Shown here in pieces: positions 50,410-59,277 of a DNA stretch of 64,000 bases. The notes below the pieces were generated by a model, which saw only the letters and a list, made by a program, of their open reading frames with translations, was not told the origin of the DNA and searched no databases. The stretch is from Rhodospirillaceae bacterium. GTDB lineage: Bacteria > Pseudomonadota > Alphaproteobacteria > MPNO01 > UBA2964. Numbering within the stretch: the first letter of the stretch is position 1; each line of letters begins with the position of its first letter. The stretch lies in contig PAPV01000005.1 in assembly GCA_002709075.1 (NCBI GenBank), positions 13,352 to 77,351 of the forward strand, in the 5' to 3' direction. Made by a program: the position numbers and the translations under genes.

Positions 50410-53405
50410 GGCTTTAATCTCAACATACGAAGTACTAACTCCCAAATATTCGTTACTATTACAAAAGCATTATGTTTCGTTTTGACGCCTGAAATTTGCC
50501 CAGCGAGCCTCTGAAAAAATTGACCAACTAATGCCTTTGCAGCACCTTGCAACATACGACCTCCTACAGATGCTACGGTCCCAGACAATTCTATAGCGTA
50601 TTTATAAGATACTTCTGTCCCACGGTCGTGGATCTCAAGTTTAACATCACCTGACCCTTTTGATGCGCCAAGGGGTCCCTCTAGCCCACCTGAAAGTGTT
50701 GCGGACACTGGTTCAATCATGTTTGAAAGACTTACATTAGCGCGAAAACGACCTCGTACTGGCCCGACACCAAGCGAGACTTCTGCTCGATAAGTATAAT
50801 CCCCTAGAACCTCTAATTCATGGCATCCGGGTATCACTGCTGCTAGTGCTTTTGGATCCAGAAGAGTTTCCCAAACTTTCTCTGGGGTTGCAGGAACGAT
50901 AGTTTTACCCTCTCCACGAAGTAAGCCGTCTTTCCTTATTTTTTGCTTTCGCTGATCTTTTCTTGAACTATCTTCTTTTCCTTCCGATGGTGCAGCTGGC
51001 TCTTCACCATGTATGATTGACGCTACTTTGGAAGCAATCAAGGGAAGTGTTAAATTATTTTCACCTGTTGCGTCAGCTACTGCATTTGCAATACAGACGG
51101 GTGTTGACATGCAATTACCCTCAGCTATTCCCTTAGCTCCTAGGGGAGTAACCATTGAGGGGCTTTCCATATGAATTATCTGTGGTTCAGGTACTTCGGA
51201 ACTTGTTGGAACTAAATAGTCAGCAAATGTTCCGCTTTTGAAGCTGCCGTCCTCTCCGTATACAAACTCTTCATAGAGAGCACATCCCACACCCCACGCA
51301 AATGCACCGTAAACCTGACCATCTGCAATTAAGGGATTTAATATTTTTCCAGAGTCATGCGTTGTGACATATTTATCTATTTTTACTGCGCCTGTGTCTC
51401 TATCAATTTCAATTCCACAATAATCAAAAACAAACCCGTATGTAAGGGAGGTGTTGATTTGATCTTTTTCATTTGGACTTTCTAACTCTGGTGGGGACCA
51501 AGAGCCGATCTCCCTTACACACGGTTCCATGCCTTCTGGCAGAGCACCCGGCGTCCAATGTGCTGTTCCTGCTGCACGGTAAAATTTCATCGCATTTTCG
51601 GGATTTGAAGTGTCAAAAATTTTACCGTCAGCGAAATCCAATTGTTCCGGAGGTACATTTAGAGATTGGCTTGCAATACGTGCAAGCTTCGCCCTAATTT
51701 TTTGAGCAGCTTTGTAACAGGCGACAGTTGTTGCAGAAGAAAACCTAGAAGAATAATTCCCTGTCGCGATTGACCAAGCATCTTTAGCAGTATCAAAGTC
51801 AAGATTTACTTTTATTATATCTGGCGTTAAACCTAATTCGTCGGCTACTATTTGGCTCAAAATTGTCTGGTGCCCTTGTCCCTGAGGGATTGAATCGGCA
51901 GTAACACTCACTGTGCCAAGTGGATCTACAGTGATTGTTGCATTTGCCGCAGCACCACCTTTTGGATTTCTTTGTCTTTCTTCATGAGTTAAAATATTTG
52001 AGAGATACCCCATATTTGATTGAGCTGGTTCGACGATGGCCGCATAACCAATACCATATAATTTTCCTTCAGCCCGCATCTCGTCTCTTTTTTTCTTTAA
52101 TTCCTCTAGTTTTCCGTCTTTAACTCCAAGTTCAACGGCTTTCGGATAATCACCGGAATCTAGCAATGCTCCTGCCGCTGCACGGTAGGGAAAAACTCCA
52201 GCAGGGATAAGATTTTTTTGAATAACATCTAAGGGATCGAGACCGAGATCAACCGCAACCTGATGCATTACCCGTTCGATCGCGAAATACATCTGTGGAC
52301 CACCAAATCCACGAACCATTGCAGATGGGCATTTATTGGTAAGAACAACACGGTTTCTCACAGTCATATTTTTAATATCGTAGGCACCGGTTAATATTCC
52401 ATGCATTCTGTAGAGAGGTCCTGGCATTGGAGCCCGCAAAAATGCTCCATAGTCGTCAAGTTGGTCAAAACGAAAGCCGGTTACTGTGCCGTCAGACTTA
52501 CATGCAGCCTCCAATTCAACCACTCGATTGGGAGCTGCTGCTGCCGCCGCCAAATGTTCAAGACGGTCTTCCACCCACTTTACAGGTCTTCCAACCCGTT
52601 TTGAAGCAAGACACACTAAAACAACGTAGGGAAAAATTTGAACTTTTATTCCGAAGCCCCCGCCTGACCATTGTGGTGTCCTCATTCTGAGTTGTGAATT
52701 CCTAACCCGAAGAGCCATCGACATAACTGGGTGAGAGGTAAATGGACCCTGATAGTTTGAAGCCACGTCATACAAATCTTCACCGGGGATGTATTCTGCA
52801 TTGACAACAAACCCTTCCAGAGGTGTTTGTGAGTTACGGGGGTATTTGACCTTAATTTTTACAATTTTATCAGCCTCAGAAAACGCTTTTTCGGGGTCGC
52901 CATATGAAAACTCTCGGGTAGATACAACATTGCTACCTGCAGCTTCATGCACAACAGGGGAGTCATCCCTAGTTGCCTCTTCCTGATCTACTGCAGGTTC
53001 CAACGCGTCATAATTGACTTGGATGAGTGAGAGTGCGTCTTCCGCAATATATCTATCCCGAGCTATTACGATCGCTACAGGCTCCCCGACATACCTTACT
53101 TTTTCAACAGCAAGTGCCCATTGATTGATGGGCGCACGTAGTACAATAAGAAAAGCTTCAGACATTTTCGCTATGTCTTCTCCAGTCATTACATCCAAAA
53201 CGCCCGGATGGGCGTTAGCCTGACTGACGTCCACACTTTTTATGACGGCATGTGCATGGGGAGATCTTAGGATCGCAGCGTGGGCAGTACCAGCTCTTGT
53301 CGGAAGGTGATCTGAATACTGGGCCTTGCCCTGCAACAGTATATCGTCCTCAACCCTCTCTACAGGTTGACCGACGAAACTATTTTTTTCAGCTAATTCT
53401 GCCAT
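50406..53405 (-). CDS. hmfA: Molybdopterin large subunit fused to a C-terminal CoxG/SRPBCC domain (2-furoyl-CoA dehydrogenase large subunit-like)
   Basis: 999 aa; YRMHG.LTGAYDI, FPYRAAAGALLDSG, KDAWSIATGNYSSRF, TPLGAKGIAEGNCMSTP, then a CoxG-like domain (LLDPKALAAVIPGC..VGGRML). This matches my recollection of Cupriavidus HmfA. Confidence 0.8.
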   Translation of the reverse strand: MAELAEKNSFVGQPVERVEDDILLQGKAQYSDHLPTRAGTAHAAILRSPHAHAVIKSVDVSQANAHPGVLDVMTGEDIAKMSEAFLIVLRAPINQWALAVEKVRYVGEPVAIVIARDRYIAEDALSLIQVNYDALEPAVDQEEATRDDSPVVHEAAGSNVVSTREFSYGDPEKAFSEADKIVKIKVKYPRNSQTPLEGFVVNAEYIPGEDLYDVASNYQGPFTSHPVMSMALRVRNSQLRMRTPQWSGGGFGIKVQIFPYVVLVCLASKRVGRPVKWVEDRLEHLAAAAAAPNRVVELEAACKSDGTVTGFRFDQLDDYGAFLRAPMPGPLYRMHGILTGAYDIKNMTVRNRVVLTNKCPSAMVRGFGGPQMYFAIERVMHQVAVDLGLDPLDVIQKNLIPAGVFPYRAAAGALLDSGDYPKAVELGVKDGKLEELKKKRDEMRAEGKLYGIGYAAIVEPAQSNMGYLSNILTHEERQRNPKGGAAANATITVDPLGTVSVTADSIPQGQGHQTILSQIVADELGLTPDIIKVNLDFDTAKDAWSIATGNYSSRFSSATTVACYKAAQKIRAKLARIASQSLNVPPEQLDFADGKIFDTSNPENAMKFYRAAGTAHWTPGALPEGMEPCVREIGSWSPPELESPNEKDQINTSLTYGFVFDYCGIEIDRDTGAVKIDKYVTTHDSGKILNPLIADGQVYGAFAWGVGCALYEEFVYGEDGSFKSGTFADYLVPTSSEVPEPQIIHMESPSMVTPLGAKGIAEGNCMSTPVCIANAVADATGENNLTLPLIASKVASIIHGEEPAAPSEGKEDSSRKDQRKQKIRKDGLLRGEGKTIVPATPEKVWETLLDPKALAAVIPGCHELEVLGDYTYRAEVSLGVGPVRGRFRANVSLSNMIEPVSATLSGGLEGPLGASKGSGDVKLEIHDRGTEVSYKYAIELSGTVASVGGRMLQGAAKALVGQFFQRLAGQISGVKTKHNAFVIVTNIWELVLRMLRLKP

Positions 53406-53578
53406 TATACTCTCAGTTACCGTTTCGAAGTACTATTCTACACACCCACGGATTCATTGTTTGCATTTAATTCCGAGCAAAATCAACCCACAGTAGAAAA
53501 TTTTGACATTTCTCCAACTTACCGCACTATACGATATAATAAAAATTAATTTTTTTTTAGTTAATTAGGTAAAATATT

Positions 53579-55165
53579 ATGCAAAGCAATACGGTTGTAA
53601 TAGATAGATCGGTTCATCCAAATAAAATCATTTTTTCAGATCAATTTAATGTGGCAATTTCATTCATCGACCGTCATCTCTCAGAAGGACGAGCTGACAA
53701 ACTATGCATCATTACAGAAAATATTTCCTGGACATACAGCGATTTAGCAACTTCAGTCGGAAAATATGCTAATCAGCTATTAGCTATGGATATGGTTCCT
53801 GGTCAACGACTTTTGATGGCTGTAACAGATGGGCCAGAGTTTATTGCTCTATTCTTTGGGGCAATAAAAGCCGGTGTGGTGCCTGTAGCAGTCAATACAA
53901 TGTTAAGGACCAGTGATTATAAATTTTTAATAGATGACTGCAAATGTACATCAACAATTTGGAGTAAAAGTGTTGATTCTGCAATGCGACCGGCGATTTC
54001 TTCAAGTAGCCACAAACCTAAAACAACTAGTACTCTAGAAGATTTTATAAATGATTCGAAGACTGCGAATTCATTTATCGAGCCTGCAACAACGAACTCC
54101 ATGAGCGAATGTTTTTGGCTTTATTCCTCAGGTTCGACGGGAAATCCAAAAGGCGTTGTGCATCCCCATAGGTCAATGGTTTGTACCTCTGAAAGGTTTG
54201 GAAAAACTACAGCAGGTTTGCTCGAGGATGACATTGTATTTTCAGTTAGTAAACTTTTCCATTCTTACGGTTTTGGTAATGCGATGACGTTCCCTCTCTG
54301 GGTGGGTGCAACTATTATTTTATCGGATGATCGGGTAACACCAGAGATGAGTTTTAAATTAATTGAGAAATTTAAGCCAACAGTTTTTTTCGGAGTGCCG
54401 ACACTATATGGACAACAACTACAGGAAATGGAGACGTCTAAACCAGACCTTTCTTCTCTGAGAATCTGCATTTCAGCAGGTGAGGCATTGCCAAATAACA
54501 TTTTTCGCCGGTGGAAAGAGCAGACGGGCACAATTATACTAGATGGGCTAGGATCAACCGAAAACCTTCACATATTTATATCTAATAGGCCGGATAATCT
54601 CCGATCAGGAACTTCAGGTTTGCCGGTTGAAGGGTATGAAGTGAAATTAGTCAACGATCAGGGAAATGAGATAAAAGAGGTAAATGAGATTGGCACAGTT
54701 TGGGTAAAGGGTGAGTCCTCCGCTAAGTTGTACTGGAATAATCCCGATAAAACGGCAGAAACAATGCGTGGTGAGTGGCTTAACACCGGTGATATGTATT
54801 ACAGGGACGCTCAGGGATTTTATCACAATGCAGGCCGAAGCGATGATATGATGAAGGTCGGTGGATTGTGGTGTTCACCGTTTGAAATTGAAAATCGACT
54901 TTTAGAACATCCGATAGTTCTGGAAGCTGCCGTTGTTGCAAAGATTGACGGCGATGGCCTAACTAAACCTGCTGCGTTTATAGTTATTGATCCGGATAAG
55001 GAGCCATCTGAGGAAATTCAACAAAAACTTGTAGAACACTGTCGCGAAGCTCTCGCTCACTATAAGTACCCTCGTTGGTTCTATTTTGTGCAAGAACTTC
55101 CTAAAACTGTAACAGGAAAAATACAGCGATTTCGACTCCGTGATCAGGCAAAAAATTTAGGATAA
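53579..55165 (+). CDS. Benzoate-CoA ligase family protein
   Basis: WLYSSGSTGNPKG, DGLGSTENLHIF, GRSDDMMKVGG.W.SPFE, LPKTVTGKIQRF. Confidence 0.9.
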   Translation: MQSNTVVIDRSVHPNKIIFSDQFNVAISFIDRHLSEGRADKLCIITENISWTYSDLATSVGKYANQLLAMDMVPGQRLLMAVTDGPEFIALFFGAIKAGVVPVAVNTMLRTSDYKFLIDDCKCTSTIWSKSVDSAMRPAISSSSHKPKTTSTLEDFINDSKTANSFIEPATTNSMSECFWLYSSGSTGNPKGVVHPHRSMVCTSERFGKTTAGLLEDDIVFSVSKLFHSYGFGNAMTFPLWVGATIILSDDRVTPEMSFKLIEKFKPTVFFGVPTLYGQQLQEMETSKPDLSSLRICISAGEALPNNIFRRWKEQTGTIILDGLGSTENLHIFISNRPDNLRSGTSGLPVEGYEVKLVNDQGNEIKEVNEIGTVWVKGESSAKLYWNNPDKTAETMRGEWLNTGDMYYRDAQGFYHNAGRSDDMMKVGGLWCSPFEIENRLLEHPIVLEAAVVAKIDGDGLTKPAAFIVIDPDKEPSEEIQQKLVEHCREALAHYKYPRWFYFVQELPKTVTGKIQRFRLRDQAKNLG

Positions 55166-55184
55166 AAAAGATAAAATTAAAACT

Positions 55185-55592
55185 ATGATGACAACAGGTA
55201 GTTGTTTTTGCGCATTAATTACTTACAAGGTGCCTGTTCCAAAAAAACCAACATACTCCGGATTTTGCCATTGCAAAGATTGTCAACGCCACACAGGAAC
55301 GGCTTTTGCTTCTAGTTTAATGGTATCTAAAGAGGAGTTTAGTTTGTCTGGGGATCCATAATATTACGGAGTTGTTGCAGAAAAAGGATCAATAATGGAG
55401 AGAGGATTTTGTGCAAATTGTGGATCAAATATACTTTGTAGGTCAGAAGGTTGGCGGGATATGCAAGTTTTAGCTGTTGGCACTTTGGATGACACGTCCT
55501 ATTTCACGCCGAGAATAAATATTTTCACACGGTCCGCTTTGTCATATGTATGGGAAATAGATAACATTAAAAAAATTGATGATGGGGTATAA
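55185..55592 (+). pseudogene. GFA (glutathione-dependent formaldehyde-activating/CENP-V) family gene with one in-frame TAA
   Basis: TGSCFC, FCHCKDCQRHTG and RGFCANCGS lie in one frame, with a TAA at 55359-55361 between them. Confidence 0.85.
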
Positions 55593-55596
55593 ACAA

Positions 55597-56208
55597 ATGC
55601 CGAAAGGTTACAATAGTGTGAATTCACCGTATGGTCGTAAAGTGCGCGTCGCAGAGATAGAAACCCAGCAGCGTGGCTTAATAGAATGGACATTCATGTC
55701 GCGAGAGGAACGTTCCAAGGAGATGCCTAGCATTAATCCACTTGGTAAAATTCCAGCCTTGATATTAGAAAATGGAGATTTGTTGATAGACTCCCCTGTG
55801 ATTGCTTCATGGATAGATGACCAGCATAAAAACCGTAGGTTAATACCTGAGGCGATTGCTGAACGTTGGTTAGTACTGAACTTAGAAGCTCTTGGTGACG
55901 GTCTTGGCGATGCTGCAATTGCTGTCGCACTAGAGGCGTCCCGCCCAAAAAAAAATCAATCAGATACTTGGATAATGCGGAATAATCAAAAAGTATATCA
56001 AACACTAGCATTTTTGAATGATCAAATCGGCAGTTCTCAAAGTGCTCTTAATATGGGGGGAATTGCCGTAGCTTGTGCTATAGGCTATATGGAATTTCGT
56101 GAAGTAGCGACCGACTGGCGTAAAAAACACTCTCGACTTGCGGATTGGTATGACACCATGCAACAGAGAGATTCTTTTAAAGAAACTGCAATTGATGTCA
56201 AAGTTTGA
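55597..56208 (+). CDS. Glutathione S-transferase family protein
   Basis: SPYGRKVRV, NPLGKIPAL, DSPVI. Confidence 0.9.
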   Translation: MPKGYNSVNSPYGRKVRVAEIETQQRGLIEWTFMSREERSKEMPSINPLGKIPALILENGDLLIDSPVIASWIDDQHKNRRLIPEAIAERWLVLNLEALGDGLGDAAIAVALEASRPKKNQSDTWIMRNNQKVYQTLAFLNDQIGSSQSALNMGGIAVACAIGYMEFREVATDWRKKHSRLADWYDTMQQRDSFKETAIDVKV

Positions 56209-56268
56209 CTGGTAGTTCTTCTTTATCAGTTAAATTTTTTCATTCCTTAGGTCGCCTGTTCACAGGTA

Positions 56269-56304
56269 TACATAGATTTCTCTGATTTCAGAGAAATCTA
56301 TGTA
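56269..56304. terminator. Perfect 16-bp inverted repeat between convergent genes
   Basis: TACATAGATTTCTCTG-ATTT-CAGAGAAATCTATGTA, 10 nt past the stop of the UbiD gene. Confidence 0.65.
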
Positions 56305-56314
56305 AAATCGATTG

Positions 56315-57889
56315 TCACCTTCCATATTTAGCAAGGGAATTTACCCAACCGTGCATGCGTGACTTCATTTTTTGAATATCCTCCTTTGAAAATATGTCGG
56401 CAGGATTGAATTTATCGACGGGATATTGAGGTCTCAAGAAATCATTTTCGTAACCGTACGGCACTGTAGCATCAATTCCCATACCGCCCTCAAACAAAGT
56501 ATTAGAAGCTGTCCATTCTTTACCTCCAGCAGTCATTCTTTCAGCTGGCATAAATGTTTGACCACGTCCACCTGGTAGTGGATTAAGAATGTCAGTGTGT
56601 GGATTAACACGTGTGGTTAAATTCCACATAATATCGTCCATATCATACATATCTACGTCTTCAGATACTGCGATAGCCAATCGTGCCCCTTGCGACGTTG
56701 ATAGCATAGCTGAGAGAAAGTTTCTTTGCCAGCCTTCGTCGATTTTAGTTCGTTTCTTCACTTGTATTATAGCACCGCCCCAGTCTGTCATAGAATAGGG
56801 TATATTAACATCGGTACATATGCCAGGTTGCATTCTGTTGCACAGTTCGTAAATTGCAGCTTCACGAACCATTGTATCTATATTAGCTTCATCAAGCATG
56901 TGGACTCCAAGTACAAATACAATTGGTTTGCTCTGACGCTTTCGCATTGTTATCGCGGTGCAATGAAATGTTGGAGCTTTGTATGCTTTCCCCATGTATC
57001 CGGACCATTCAGGATGGAAATGGTATTTGCCTTGTTCCCCAGTACTTTCTGCTTCTGCGGTTTCAAACCGTCGATCCCGAGGATTTACATAACCTTCCAG
57101 CACAATTTCGGCATCAGCAAGTGCCAGCGCATCAACTGTTCTTGCTTTAACCATGCGAACGGCCTCACCCTGCACAGCGCCAGCAACGCCAATCTCGTCG
57201 CAGCCTTGAGGGAGGATTACGTAGTCAAAACCCGCTCCAGCTAAAAGAGTGCATACAGGTGGTACGCCGAAGCAAACAGTTATTGGAACAGGCTCATCGT
57301 CTTTATAGTGTTTTGAAACAACTTGCCACATATGGCTACCAGGGGAAATTTGGAAAGTTCCTACATTACCCCAACGAAAGTTCATTCGATTGTATCCGAG
57401 ATCCGATCCTCCTTCAAAGTAATCCCCAGAAACGCATCTAATACCCGAACCAATTGTTAACTCTGTGTCATATTCTGTATGTCGGACAGGCACAATATAA
57501 TCATTAACATCATTCGGTTTTTCAATTATTTCTTCCTGGCATGGCGCATCTTTTTGATCAATAACCACCGGAGTGATAGGGTTATTTATGGCCTCCGCCA
57601 ATCTAAGTGTTCTATCTGTATTATCTCTCCAACCAAACATTTTATTAACAACATTTGTTTCTGAAAACAAATTTGTGATCACGCGATGATCTGGTTTGCC
57701 CTTTAAATTATTAAATAGAATTGGGCAGGAGCCATCGAAGTGTTTTTGCAGTGATATGATCTCAAGATCTGGGTCAACTTCTTTATCTGTGGTAACTAAA
57801 TCCCCCTCACTTTCCAACCAATTAATAGTGGAACGAAGGTCTCGTATCGTATGTGGCGCAGCTTGCGCTCGTGTTTTTGCGTTAGCCAT
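56315..57889 (-). CDS. UbiD-family decarboxylase, phthaloyl-CoA decarboxylase (Pcd/PhtDa)-like
   Basis: Long blocks match my recollection of the Thauera/Aromatoleum/Azoarcus enzyme: GYNRMNFRWGNVGTFQISPGSHMWQV, HFHPEWSGYMGKAYKAPTFH, PLPGGRGQTFMPAERMT, FEGGMGIDATVPYGYE. Start ATG 57889 follows a GAGAGGA RBS. Confidence 0.85.
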   Translation of the reverse strand: MANAKTRAQAAPHTIRDLRSTINWLESEGDLVTTDKEVDPDLEIISLQKHFDGSCPILFNNLKGKPDHRVITNLFSETNVVNKMFGWRDNTDRTLRLAEAINNPITPVVIDQKDAPCQEEIIEKPNDVNDYIVPVRHTEYDTELTIGSGIRCVSGDYFEGGSDLGYNRMNFRWGNVGTFQISPGSHMWQVVSKHYKDDEPVPITVCFGVPPVCTLLAGAGFDYVILPQGCDEIGVAGAVQGEAVRMVKARTVDALALADAEIVLEGYVNPRDRRFETAEAESTGEQGKYHFHPEWSGYMGKAYKAPTFHCTAITMRKRQSKPIVFVLGVHMLDEANIDTMVREAAIYELCNRMQPGICTDVNIPYSMTDWGGAIIQVKKRTKIDEGWQRNFLSAMLSTSQGARLAIAVSEDVDMYDMDDIMWNLTTRVNPHTDILNPLPGGRGQTFMPAERMTAGGKEWTASNTLFEGGMGIDATVPYGYENDFLRPQYPVDKFNPADIFSKEDIQKMKSRMHGWVNSLAKYGR

Positions 57890-58021
57890 AATATCCTCTC
57901 TTCTCAAATCTTAGCTCCTGTGTAAGGGAGACGGGCGCATTTCGCAACCATTGTAAAACTGGACATAAAGTTGTTGCTGTTTTAGAAGCAAACTTTATGT
58001 AGGTTAATTGGGAGTTAAATA

Positions 58022-58807
58022 ATGAAAGTCCATGCTAACGGAATAGATATAAACTGTGAAATTTCTGGTACAAAGGGTAAACCCTGGATAACTTTTTCCC
58101 ATGCACTTTGCAACAATCTATCACTTTGGGATGAACAGGCACAGGTTCTCAATAATGATTTCCAAATCCTGCGTTATGATATTCGCGGTCTGGGCAGGTC
58201 CGAATCGCCAAGGGGGCCTTATACATTTCCAATGATCATATCAGATGCAATTGCTCTCTTAGACCATTTTGGCATCAAAAAGACGCATTGGTGTGGATTA
58301 TCAATTGGCGGTATGATGGGTTACGGCTTATGCCAGGACCATGGTGACAGGATATTATCTCTTATAGCATGTGACTCTCGACCCGATGCTCCACCGGAGT
58401 ATCAAGAGTATTTTCAACATCGAATTGATGTAGCAGCGAAAAAGGGCATGGAAGGATTGGTGGAATCAACAATTGAAAGATGGTTTACACCGGAATCCGT
58501 CGCGGCCAATATACCGATTCTGGATAAAGTGAGGAATATGATTCGTTCAACTGATCAAACGGGGCATGCAGGTTGTTGCGAAGCTCTGAAAACGCTGGCT
58601 TTTGGCTCTCGGCTCGGAGAAATTAAGAATCCAACTCTTCTAATTGGAGGAACAGAAGACAAGGGGGCACCTCCGGATGCACTGGCGCAAGCAGCGGCAT
58701 CTATACCGGGGGCAAAGCATGTACAAATCCCAGATGCGGGGCATATTTCAAATCTTGAAAATCCAGAAGCTTTCAACAAAGCTTTGGTGGACTTCCTCAC
58801 TGGATAG
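58022..58807 (+). CDS. Alpha/beta hydrolase, 3-oxoadipate enol-lactonase (PcaD)-like
   Basis: LRYDIRGLG, GLSIGG nucleophile elbow, TIERWFT, AGHISNLENP. Confidence 0.85.
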   Translation: MKVHANGIDINCEISGTKGKPWITFSHALCNNLSLWDEQAQVLNNDFQILRYDIRGLGRSESPRGPYTFPMIISDAIALLDHFGIKKTHWCGLSIGGMMGYGLCQDHGDRILSLIACDSRPDAPPEYQEYFQHRIDVAAKKGMEGLVESTIERWFTPESVAANIPILDKVRNMIRSTDQTGHAGCCEALKTLAFGSRLGEIKNPTLLIGGTEDKGAPPDALAQAAASIPGAKHVQIPDAGHISNLENPEAFNKALVDFLTG

Positions 58808-59277
58808 TGTTTTTGAAAGTTTTCTTTAAGTAAGTGCACATGTATTCTGAACATTATTCATTGGTGGTTAGATTTATGTTTTTAAGATTTAGGTATGTAA
58901 TTTGAATAATTTCTTTGCGTAATGAGACCTCTTAGTCTTTCGGGAGGCAATAAGTGCTGATTCTTCCTAGGTCTGTAAGTTGGTTATAGAAGCTAATTAC
59001 TTTTGTGAATTTCTCTTAAAAAGCTATACGCTATCCGTGAAGTTCGCTAACAATGGTTAAGCATGCACGGTCTGAGTAGGGGCGTTCAATCCATAACCTA
59101 ATTTCGTGTAGGATTTGGAGAAAGAATATTTAGTTTTTTAGGACATGAGGGATCGAATTCGTTCTAGTTGGAGCTGAACTTACACAAATAAAGGTTGTTG
59201 TTTACTATTAGCTTTGGCAAAAGTGACTATTAGTGTCATGTTTGTAACTGTCATTAAAAAACGAAGGGAGAGTTTTA

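Noticed and set aside
49097-53405. Aerobic CO dehydrogenase (coxLMS + coxG)
   Set aside because: The large subunit lacks the AYxCSFR/AYxGAGR active-site loop. Gene order and the CoxG fusion fit HmfA better.
55359-55361. Stop-codon recoding (Sec/Pyl) or an alternative genetic code
   Set aside because: The codon is TAA, which is used as a normal stop throughout the window, and the other broken genes contain frameshifts and mixed stop types.
56726-57244. 172 aa + strand ORF and the many other short ORFs antisense to long genes
   Set aside because: They are fully nested opposite well-supported CDSs and carry no motifs.
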